Positions 1 to 7,290 of a stretch of DNA of 41,553 nucleotides are shown in pieces. A program made the position numbers and the translations under genes. Below the pieces are notes generated by a model that worked only from the letters and a program-made list of their open reading frames with translations, was not told the DNA's origin and did not search any database. The stretch comes from Actinomycetota bacterium (GTDB lineage: Bacteria; Actinomycetota; UBA4738; HRBIN12), in NCBI GenBank assembly GCA_029858935.1, contig JAOUEA010000002.1:1-41553 (forward strand), given 5' to 3'. Positions within the stretch are counted from its first letter, which is position 1. Each line of letters starts with the position of its first letter.

Positions 1-184
1 GATCCACGAACAGCTCTCGCCGCTGTTCAACGCCTTGTTCATCACGTCGAATCCGATCCCGGTCAAGGCTGCGCTCACCATGCTCGGACGCCCGGCGGGC
101 GTGCCTCGCCTGCCGCTCGTGCCGGCCACAGCCGAAGAACGAGCTCGGGTCCGCTCCGCACTGGAGGACGCCGGTCTCCTCTAG
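1..184 (+). CDS. dapA: 4-hydroxy-tetrahydrodipicolinate synthase, C-terminal fragment (5' end outside window)
   Basis: The frame is open from the window edge (codons from nt 2) to TAG 182-184. It reads [60 protein letters not shown]. The NPIPVK...LG...RLPL pattern is the DapA C-terminal signature, and dapA-rnj adjacency is usual in actinobacteria. It is not in the ORF track because no start lies in the window. Confidence 0.8.
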   Translation, partial: IHEQLSPLFNALFITSNPIPVKAALTMLGRPAGVPRLPLVPATAEERARVRSALEDAGLL

Positions 185-239
185 CGTCAGCGACTGCCGC
201 GTCGTCTTCCTCGGAGGTGTCGGGGAGGTCGGGCGCAAC

Positions 240-1844
240 ATGGCGTGCGTCGAGCTCGAGGGACGCATCCTGATCATCGATGTCGGCCTGTCGTTCCCAT
301 CGGGCGACATGCCCGGCATCGACCTGGTGCTGCCGGACTTCGACTACGTGCGAAACCATGCCGAGCGCGTGGAGGCCGTCGTGCTCACGCACGGCCATGA
401 GGATCACATCGGGGCGCTCACCTATCTGCTGCGTGAGATCTCCGACGTGGCCGTGTACGGCACGCCCTTCACCCTCGAGCTGTTGAAGGGCAAGCTCGAG
501 GAACATCAGGTGAGCGACCGATGCGAGCTGCGGACGGCGGTGCCCGGGGAAGGTGCGAGCGTGGGCCCCTTCACGATGCGATTCCTCCGGGTCACGCACT
601 CGATCCCGGACGGCATGGCGGTGGTGGTCGACACCCCGCACGGCGCGATCCTGCACACTGGCGACTTCAAGATCGACCAGACTCCCCTCGACGGACGTCC
701 GACCGATCTGCACGGCCTCGCCGAGGAGGCGAGCGGTGCCGGCGTGCACCTGTTGCTGAGCGACTCGACCAACGCCGAGGAAGCCGGCTACACCGACAGT
801 GAGCGCAGTGTCGGGCCGGTGCTGCAGCGCATCGTCGAGAACGCGCCGAACATCGTGGTGGCCGCGTGCTTCTCGAGCCACATCCACCGCGTGCAGCAGA
901 TCGTGAACGCGGCTCGGGCCAACGAACGGGTGGTGGCGTTCCTCGGTCGTTCGATGCTGAATTCCGTCGCGGCCGCGCGGCGCCTCGGCATCCTCCAGGT
1001 CGACGATCGCGACGTGATCGACATCGCCGAGGTCGCCGACCTCGATCCCGGGCGGGTGGTCGTGATCTGCACCGGGAGTCAAGGCGAGCCGTTCTCTGCG
1101 CTCTCGCTCATGGCTCAGCGCCAGCACAAATGGGTGAAGCTCGACGAGGGCGACACCGTGGTGCTCTCGTCGTCGCTGATCCCCGGGAACGAACCGGCGA
1201 TCCATCGCGTGGTCGACGCCGTCTACCGAACCGGCGCCGACGTGTATCACATGCCCGCCGACCCGGTGCATGCGAGCGGACACGCGGCGGCCGAGGAGCT
1301 TCGCCTGATGCTCTCCCTTGTGCGTCCTCGCTGGTTCATCCCGATCCATGGCGAACGGCGCCACCTGCAGCACCATGCGCGCCTCGCCGAGGAGGTCGGC
1401 ATCCCTCGCGACCACATCGTGATCTGCGAGGACGGCGACATGGTCGAGGTGGGGGAGCGGGTCGCGATCATCGACCGCGTGCAGGCAGGCATGACGTTCG
1501 TCGACGGCCTCGGCATCGGTGACGTCGGCGGCGAGGTGCTTCGCGACCGTCGCAAGCTCGCCGGTGACGGAGTCGTGGTGGTGGTGGTGACGGTCGACTC
1601 GCAGACCGGTGAGCTTGTCGGCGGCCCCGACATCGTCAATCGGGGGTTCGTGTACGAGGAGACCTCGCAAGACATCCTCGACGAAGCCAGGGAGCGCGTG
1701 ATCGCAGCGATCGGGGAGACGGCCGACGCGCGAGTGACCGATCCCTCCGCGCTGCAGCAGGACATCCGCCGTGCGCTCGGCCGCTATTTCAACGAGGTGA
1801 CGCAGCGCAAGCCGGTGATCCTGCCGGTCGTCATGGAAGTCTGA
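240..1844 (+). CDS. rnj: Ribonuclease J (metallo-beta-lactamase / beta-CASP RNase); the true start is probably upstream of 240
   Basis: HGHEDH motif, the SDSTNAE and TGSQGEP segments, and the family-typical C-terminal ILPVVMEV end. The in-frame sequence 198-239 (RVVFLGGVGEVGRN) continues the conserved N-terminus, so ATG 240 is only the first canonical start. Confidence 0.93.
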   Translation: MACVELEGRILIIDVGLSFPSGDMPGIDLVLPDFDYVRNHAERVEAVVLTHGHEDHIGALTYLLREISDVAVYGTPFTLELLKGKLEEHQVSDRCELRTAVPGEGASVGPFTMRFLRVTHSIPDGMAVVVDTPHGAILHTGDFKIDQTPLDGRPTDLHGLAEEASGAGVHLLLSDSTNAEEAGYTDSERSVGPVLQRIVENAPNIVVAACFSSHIHRVQQIVNAARANERVVAFLGRSMLNSVAAARRLGILQVDDRDVIDIAEVADLDPGRVVVICTGSQGEPFSALSLMAQRQHKWVKLDEGDTVVLSSSLIPGNEPAIHRVVDAVYRTGADVYHMPADPVHASGHAAAEELRLMLSLVRPRWFIPIHGERRHLQHHARLAEEVGIPRDHIVICEDGDMVEVGERVAIIDRVQAGMTFVDGLGIGDVGGEVLRDRRKLAGDGVVVVVVTVDSQTGELVGGPDIVNRGFVYEETSQDILDEARERVIAAIGETADARVTDPSALQQDIRRALGRYFNEVTQRKPVILPVVMEV

Positions 1845-1862
1845 GGTCGGGCTCTAGCGATG

Positions 1863-1877
1863 GACGTGACCCACGTC
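1863..1877. terminator. Short hairpin (GACGTG-acc-CACGTC) between the convergent rnj and orphan ORF ends
   Basis: A 6-bp perfect stem with a 3-nt loop, read directly. It is weak and has no U-tract. Confidence 0.2.
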
Positions 1878-2493
1878 ATGATCGATAGGCCAATCGAACC
1901 CATCCGCGACGCCCCGCCCGATATCGAACCCATCCGCGACGCCGCCGAGTCAGCACCCCTCGACTCCGGGCGATTCGATGTGCTCTCGTGCCCGGTGGTT
2001 GTTCCCGGAACGGTTCACCCTCGGGGGTCCCGGCTCGCCGGAGTCCATCGACGACAGCGGCGTAGAGCGGATCGCGCGAGCTCACGAACGTGAACCTGGT
2101 TGATCGATGGGGCACGGGTGCCTCGGCACTTTCCCAGCGGAACCACAGGAACCGGTGAGCGGGCACCCGCCCCATCCTTCGGTGCTCAGGGTGAGTCATC
2201 GCCACGACCGGACGTTCATCGTGGGTCTGTCCCCGACGCCACGAGATGATCTCATCGAAACGTACGGAGTCGCCCGTCCATTCACCCGTGCGGGGAGGAC
2301 GCATGAGCGTCCATGCGAGGATCATCCTGGTCCCTGTGACTGCGGCTGGATCGCGCCCTGCCGCGAGCACGTGCTCGTCGCCGTCGAGAACACTCGCGAT
2401 GTACGTGCGGCGCTCCGTTCGCCTTGCGGCCCGCGCATCAAGCGCCTTCCGCCTGGAGCGCCGCACGACCATGGTGGCAAGGATATCCGACAT
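1876..2493 (-). CDS. Hypothetical protein, Arg/Trp-rich; no family recognised
   Basis: A 205-aa ORF filling the rnj-ftsK gap. By hand count, third-position G+C is about three quarters for codons 1-60. That is lower than the neighbouring genes, and it falls to about half in the last ~46 codons. No motif recognised. Confidence 0.45.
   Translation of the reverse strand: MSDILATMVVRRSRRKALDARAARRTERRTYIASVLDGDEHVLAAGRDPAAVTGTRMILAWTLMRPPRTGEWTGDSVRFDEIISWRRGQTHDERPVVAMTHPEHRRMGRVPAHRFLWFRWESAEAPVPHRSTRFTFVSSRDPLYAAVVDGLRRAGTPEGEPFREQPPGTRAHRIARSRGVLTRRRRGWVRYRAGRRGWVRLAYRS
1893..1943. repeat. Perfect 21-bp direct repeat ATCGAACCCATCCGCGACGCC, two copies (1893-1913 and 1923-1943), 30-bp period
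   Basis: Read directly from the sequence. The 30-bp period is in-frame for any reading frame. Confidence 0.95.
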
Positions 2494-2541
2494 GCCTACG
2501 TTGCTTGAAGCTGCCAGAGAACACGTCAGACTGGAGACCTC

Positions 2542-4974
2542 ATGGCGACGAAGACTTCCCCGTCGCGGCGTTCAGCGTCGCGTGTATCCAGCCGTCCGTC
2601 GAGCAAGAAGACGCCGTCCAAGCGCCCGCCGCCGAAGAAGAAGCAGGCGACGAAGAAGCAGCCGCAGCGCTCGCCGGCAACCCAGATCCTTTCGCCGTTC
2701 GCCCGCGACGCGCTGGGCATCGGGCTCATCGTGCTCGCCGGGCTCGCGGTGCTCTCTGTGTGGTTCGACGCGGCGGGGCCGATGGGCGAGGCATTCTCAC
2801 GCCTGCTGCATCGAGGGTTCGGGCTCACGGCGGTGCTGCTGCCACTGGTCGGGCTCGGATGGGGCATCGCGCTGCTCCGCGATCGTTCGCCCGACGAGCG
2901 CATGCGCATGTTCATCGGCTTCGTGATCATGGGCTTCGGCGTGCTCGGGCTCCTGTCGATCGTCCGAGGCAATCCCGGTGTCTTCGCGCCGGCGGTCGAC
3001 ACGAGGGCGCGCGGGATCGGACCCATCCCAGGCTTCTCCGATGCCGGTGGGTTCTTCGGCACCCTGTCCGCCGCCCCGCTCTCGAAGCTCGTCTCGCCGG
3101 CGGGCGCCTTCATCGTGAACCTCGGCCTCGCCGTCATCGGCGCGCTGATCATGACGGGAACGTCGTTCGTCGCTCTCGGCAGGAAGTTCGCGGCGACGCG
3201 GGCGGTGATGGCCGAACGGGCCGAGGCACGGCGGGCGCACGAGCAGGCGAAGGCTGAGGCCAAGCTGGAGAAGCAGCGCATCAAGGATGAGCGTGCCCTC
3301 GCCAAAGCCGGCGAGGTTCAGGCGGGCAGCACGCCGACGAGGGCGAAGCTCTCCGAGCGCCTCGGCCTCACAGAGCCCGTCGTGGTGCTTCCCGAGTCCG
3401 AGGCGGTGGGGGCTCTCGACGTTCCCTCCGATACAGCCGACGGCGACGCAAGCGCGATCGCCGCTTCACCGAAGCGGCCGCGTGGCCGCACGATCACGAC
3501 CTCCGACGGGCCGTACCAGCTTCCCTCACTCGACCTGCTCCGCACGGCGCCCCCGTCGACGAACGACGGCACGCACGAGAAGGACATCATGGACGCCCTC
3601 GGTCATACGCTCTCGACCTTCGGGGTCGATGCTCGCGTTGTCGCTGCACACCGCGGTCCGACCGTCACGATGTACGAGGTCGCCGTGGCCTCGGGCACCA
3701 AGGTGAACAAGGTGCTCAATCTGTCGAGCGACATCGCCTACGCGCTCGCGACGCCCGATGTGCGCATCATCGCGCCGATCCCCGGCAAGTCTGCGATCGG
3801 CATCGAAGTACCGAACCGCCACCGCGATTTCGTCATGCTTGGCGACATCCTACGGTCGAAGGCCGCCAAGGCGGACACCCATCCGTTGCAGGTCGCGCTC
3901 GGCAAGGACATCCACGGCGAGGCGCAGATGGTGAACCTCGCGATGATGCCCCACGTGCTGATCGCCGGCGCCACCGGTGCCGGCAAGTCGAGCCTCGTGA
4001 ACAGCTTCATCACGTCGATCCTCATGCGCACGAGTCCCGACGACGTTCGGCTCGTGCTCGTCGACCCAAAACGCGTCGAGCTCAGTCACTTCGCCGAGGT
4101 GCCCCACCTGCTGAGCCCGGTGATCGTGCATCCCAAGCGTGCCACCGAGGCGCTGGAATGGATCGTGCGCGAGATGGAGATGCGCTACGAGATGCTCGCG
4201 ACGGTCGGTGTTCGCGACATCGACGGGTACGAGGAGGGACTCCGAGAGGGCACGCTGAGACTGCCGGTCGGGCGCGAACACGAGTTCAAGCACATGAGCT
4301 ACATCGTCGTCGTCATCGACGAGCTCGCCGACCTGATGATGGTCGCCCCGCGAGCCGTGGAAGATGCGATTTGCCGCATTGCGCAGATGGCGCGGGCCGT
4401 CGGCATCCATCTCGTCGTCGCGACCCAGCGCCCCAGCGTCGACGTGGTCACCGGGTTGATCAAGGCCAACATCCCGAGCCGCATCGCGCTGATGACATCG
4501 AGCCAGGCCGATTCACGCGTCGTGCTCGACCAGAACGGCGCCGAGAAGCTCGTGGGGCACGGCGACATGCTCTTCGCGCCCGCGAACGCATCGAAGCCGA
4601 CGCGGCTGCAGGGAGCGTGGGTGACCGAGGCTGAGATCCACGGCATCTGTGCATTCATCCGCGCCCAGCGCGAGGTGGTCTACGAGCAGCACATCGAGGG
4701 GCTCGGCATCCCCCCCACCGAGGCGGAATTGTCCGGGAGTGGCGGTGGCGACGGCGGCGACGACGACCTGGTGAACCAGGCCGCCGACCTGATCATCCGG
4801 TCGCAGCTGGGATCGACGAGCATGTTGCAGCGCAAGCTCAAGGTCGGGTTCGCCAGGGCCGGACGCATCATGGACCTGCTCGAGGAGCAGGGCGTCGTGG
4901 GCCCGTCGCAGGGCTCCAAGGCTCGCGACGTGCTCGTCAGCTGGGAGGAGTGGGAGGAGCGTCGCGGCGGGTGA
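2542..4974 (+). CDS. ftsK: DNA translocase FtsK
   Basis: Lys/Pro-rich N-terminus, then membrane helices. Walker A GATGAGKS, Walker B VVVIDELADLMM, ATQRPS motif, and a C-terminal gamma winged helix (SMLQRKLKVGFARAGRIMDLLEEQGVVGP). Confidence 0.97.
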   Translation: MATKTSPSRRSASRVSSRPSSKKTPSKRPPPKKKQATKKQPQRSPATQILSPFARDALGIGLIVLAGLAVLSVWFDAAGPMGEAFSRLLHRGFGLTAVLLPLVGLGWGIALLRDRSPDERMRMFIGFVIMGFGVLGLLSIVRGNPGVFAPAVDTRARGIGPIPGFSDAGGFFGTLSAAPLSKLVSPAGAFIVNLGLAVIGALIMTGTSFVALGRKFAATRAVMAERAEARRAHEQAKAEAKLEKQRIKDERALAKAGEVQAGSTPTRAKLSERLGLTEPVVVLPESEAVGALDVPSDTADGDASAIAASPKRPRGRTITTSDGPYQLPSLDLLRTAPPSTNDGTHEKDIMDALGHTLSTFGVDARVVAAHRGPTVTMYEVAVASGTKVNKVLNLSSDIAYALATPDVRIIAPIPGKSAIGIEVPNRHRDFVMLGDILRSKAAKADTHPLQVALGKDIHGEAQMVNLAMMPHVLIAGATGAGKSSLVNSFITSILMRTSPDDVRLVLVDPKRVELSHFAEVPHLLSPVIVHPKRATEALEWIVREMEMRYEMLATVGVRDIDGYEEGLREGTLRLPVGREHEFKHMSYIVVVIDELADLMMVAPRAVEDAICRIAQMARAVGIHLVVATQRPSVDVVTGLIKANIPSRIALMTSSQADSRVVLDQNGAEKLVGHGDMLFAPANASKPTRLQGAWVTEAEIHGICAFIRAQREVVYEQHIEGLGIPPTEAELSGSGGGDGGDDDLVNQAADLIIRSQLGSTSMLQRKLKVGFARAGRIMDLLEEQGVVGPSQGSKARDVLVSWEEWEERRGG

Positions 4975-4983
4975 TCCCGGCGC

Positions 4984-5379
4984 TCACAGGGCCCCGACGC
5001 GCCGAGCCACCTGAAACAGCGTGTCTGCGTGCTGCTGCGGATCGATCATGAACCGACCCGCCATCCCGACCTGGCCTTGCCAGTAGGCGTAGGTGCGCTC
5101 GGCGGTCCAGCCCCTGCCCAGGCCACTGTGGTAGCTCCGCACGAGTTCGCTGCCGCTCCAGATCGCGGGCGGGGAAACGATGAACCCACCCCTCGCGCCG
5201 TCGATCGATACCCAGTAAGCGCCGACAAGGCCCCAACGGCCGTCATCGAGCTGTCCCGAGACCAAGAGGAACTTCACCGGGCCCTCCGACAACGTGTCGG
5301 GCGCCGTCACGGGCTCGCGGATCGCTGACAGCGGCGAGGACTTCCAGGTCGTTTCGTTCATCTCAGGCTCCATCTGCAC
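4984..5379 (-). CDS. Hypothetical protein (131 aa); no family recognised
   Basis: Strong third-position G+C bias (19 of 131 codons end in A/T by hand count). GGGGGAGGAAG Shine-Dalgarno sequence 6 nt upstream of GTG 5379 (ATG at 5373 is an alternative). Trp/Gly-rich, with no signal peptide or membrane helix evident. Confidence 0.7.
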   Translation of the reverse strand: MQMEPEMNETTWKSSPLSAIREPVTAPDTLSEGPVKFLLVSGQLDDGRWGLVGAYWVSIDGARGGFIVSPPAIWSGSELVRSYHSGLGRGWTAERTYAYWQGQVGMAGRFMIDPQQHADTLFQVARRVGAL

Positions 5380-5498
5380 GGGCTTCCTCCCCCTCGTCAG
5401 CGCAGACTAATCCCCCGAACGAGGGCGTTGCGCCCGTCGAAAGTCGGTGTTTTCGGCCTCGGGGGGCGCCGGAAGTCGGTAGTTCTCGGGCCGGAGAC

Positions 5499-6032
5499 CT
5501 AGGCCGGGTCTCGTACAGCATCCGGAAGGTCTTCGGCGAGCATCACCCACTGTTCATGGTCGCGCCACGCCCCCCTGATGAACAGGTACCGCGGCGAGAA
5601 TCCCTCTCGGTGGAACCCGGCGGCGCGCACGAGGGCGATGGACGCTTCGTTGCCGGGCTGCACGTTCGCCTGTACCCGGTGCAGACCGAGCTCCTCGAAG
5701 GCGAACCGCAGGAGGAGCGGCATGGCGGCGTGCATGTAACCACGACCTGCGAGCGGTTCCAGCGCGTAGTAGCCGAGAAAGGCGCTGCGGAACGGGCCCA
5801 TGATGATCTGGGACAGGTTCATGACGCCGGCGATCGAGCCCTCGCCTGCATCACAGACGAGCAGGGAGCGGTCGCTCTCGGTGCGGTTCCGCGTGAGGAG
5901 ACGTTCGAACCAGGCGTCGGGCTCACCGGGCTCGAGCCAAGGGTCGTGCAGGGCTCGCGACGCCTCCAGGCCGGCGATGAACTCGGTGCGATCGCCCTCG
6001 ACCGGCGGACGCAGCACGACCCGAGGCCTCAT
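5499..6032 (-). CDS. GNAT family N-acetyltransferase (RimJ/RimL-like)
   Basis: The segment GYYALEPLAGRGYMHAAMPLLLRFAFEELGLHRVQANVQPGNEASIALVRAAGFHREG is the typical RimJ-type acetyl-CoA-binding core. Its start overlaps the ppa stop by 4 bp (ATGA). Confidence 0.85.
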   Translation of the reverse strand: MRPRVVLRPPVEGDRTEFIAGLEASRALHDPWLEPGEPDAWFERLLTRNRTESDRSLLVCDAGEGSIAGVMNLSQIIMGPFRSAFLGYYALEPLAGRGYMHAAMPLLLRFAFEELGLHRVQANVQPGNEASIALVRAAGFHREGFSPRYLFIRGAWRDHEQWVMLAEDLPDAVRDPA

Positions 6033-6517
6033 GCTTCGTGCGCGCGGGCCTTCGCCTGGGCGATCACGCGCTCGGCCGAGGCGCGGTCCTCGAAGCCATC
6101 GGTGCTCACCTTGTGACCCTCGAGGTCCTTGTAGACCTGGAAGAAGTGTTCGATCTCGTTCAACAGGGTCATGGGCAGTCCTGCGAGGTCGCCGACGTGT
6201 GACCAGATCGGGTCGCGCAACGGAACCGACAGGATCTTCTCGTCCTCACCCTTCTCGTCGGTCATGCGGAACAGGCCGATCGGGCGCACGCTGATCCGGC
6301 AACCCGGGAAGGTGGGCTCGCCGACGAACACGAGTGCGTCGAGCGGATCGCCGTCGCCCCCGAGCGTCTCGTCGATGAATCCGTAGTCCGCTGGGTACTG
6401 CATCGAGGTGAAGAGCATGCGATCGAGGATGATCTCGCCGGTCTCATGGTCCATCTCGTACTTGTTCCGGGAACCCTTGGGGATCTCCACGATGACTGTG
6501 AGGGCGTCGGCGGCCAT
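6029..6517 (-). CDS. ppa: Inorganic pyrophosphatase (family I)
   Basis: IEIPKGSRNKYE, DGDPLD and VSTDGFE motifs; 162 aa. Confidence 0.96.
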   Translation of the reverse strand: MAADALTVIVEIPKGSRNKYEMDHETGEIILDRMLFTSMQYPADYGFIDETLGGDGDPLDALVFVGEPTFPGCRISVRPIGLFRMTDEKGEDEKILSVPLRDPIWSHVGDLAGLPMTLLNEIEHFFQVYKDLEGHKVSTDGFEDRASAERVIAQAKARAHEA

Positions 6518-6555
6518 GCGGGGGAGTGTACCGGCGCTATCATCCCGGGGTTCCC

Positions 6556-7290
6556 ATGGCCGGCACCTCGCTGCAGCGACCCATCGGGGTCGGCCCGGCG
6601 CTCGAGAAGGCGCGACGCATCCGCGGGCTTTCGCTCGACGAGGCCTCGCGCGACACGAGGCTCCGGGTCGACCACCTCACCGCCCTCGAGACCGAGGACT
6701 TCGCGGCGCTGCCCAACGATGCCGTGGTCCGTGGAGCGCTCCGGACCTACGCGCAGTACTTGGGAGTGAGCGCCGACAAGGTCCTCGAGGCATACTCGCG
6801 GCACGCCGAGGAACCCCCACCGCATCCGCCACCCGAAGGTCTGGGTCGCGTGGAACGGGCCATCGCGGCCACCCGGATCCGAGACAACCAACGATTCCTA
6901 TTGTTGGGTGCCGCGACGCTCGTGGTGCTGCTGGTGCTGTTCGGGCTGGTCGCGAGGGACCGGGGGGCGCCCGCGCCCGCCGCGATCCCGACGACCGCGG
7001 GCTCCCCGGTCAGCACCGCGTCGGTCGACGCAGTGTTGGTGGCTCAGCGACCCGTCGAGGTCACCGTCACGGTCGATGGGGCCCCGGAAGTGCACGTCAT
7101 GGACGCCGGCGAGCGCCTCTCGTTCTCGGCGGACGAGGAACTCGGGCTGTCGGTGGCCGATGGCGGTGCAGTGCAGGTGACCGTCGGGGAGCGGGACCTC
7201 GGAACGCCTGGCACACAGGGTGCGCCGTGGACCGAGACCTTCACGCCCGGACAGTTTTCGGTCGGTTCCACCGGGTCGTCGGGGCCATGA
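6556..7290 (+). CDS. RodZ-like helix-turn-helix membrane protein (HTH + membrane helix + DUF4115-like C-terminus)
   Basis: N-terminal HTH (LSLDEASRDTRLRVDHLTALETEDF), one membrane helix (FLLLGAATLVVLLVLFGLV), and a beta-rich C-terminus. ATG 6556 is preferred over the track's GTG 6526, which lies only 8 bp from the divergent ppa start. Confidence 0.75.
   Translation: MAGTSLQRPIGVGPALEKARRIRGLSLDEASRDTRLRVDHLTALETEDFAALPNDAVVRGALRTYAQYLGVSADKVLEAYSRHAEEPPPHPPPEGLGRVERAIAATRIRDNQRFLLLGAATLVVLLVLFGLVARDRGAPAPAAIPTTAGSPVSTASVDAVLVAQRPVEVTVTVDGAPEVHVMDAGERLSFSADEELGLSVADGGAVQVTVGERDLGTPGTQGAPWTETFTPGQFSVGSTGSSGP

Noticed and set aside
176-200. Programmed +1 frameshift or readthrough fusing dapA to rnj, as an explanation for the missing rnj start.
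   Set aside because: The dapA end (CTC CTC TAG C) has no recognisable slippery sequence for a +1 shift, and DapA ends at its normal C-terminus. This stays a formal possibility under the rnj start finding.
75-1670. Long antisense ORFs opposite confidently assigned genes. Examples: 75..1670(-), 7044..8525(-), 9254..10288(-), 15557..17002(-), 18084..19364(-), 23744..26089(-), 29320..30522(-), 30318..31625(-), 31607..32905(-), 33720..34745(-), 36719..38128(-), 39055..39924(-).
   Set aside because: Each lies opposite a gene with clear family motifs. Their products are Arg/Pro/Gly/His-rich low-complexity strings with no recognisable motifs. Stop-poor antisense frames are expected in high-G+C DNA.
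1893-1943. CRISPR-like or iteron array.
   Set aside because: There are only two copies and no further spaced repeats. No cas or replication genes are nearby.
6408-7286. N-terminal extensions of track ORFs: 6408..8567, 17610..19118, 20553..22346, 23780..26914, 28738..30498, 31076..32632, 38947..41070, 9251..10471, 22362..23102.
   Set aside because: The extensions overlap upstream genes or regulatory regions and lack homology-like sequence. Internal starts with Shine-Dalgarno sequences or start/stop overlaps give canonical N-termini.
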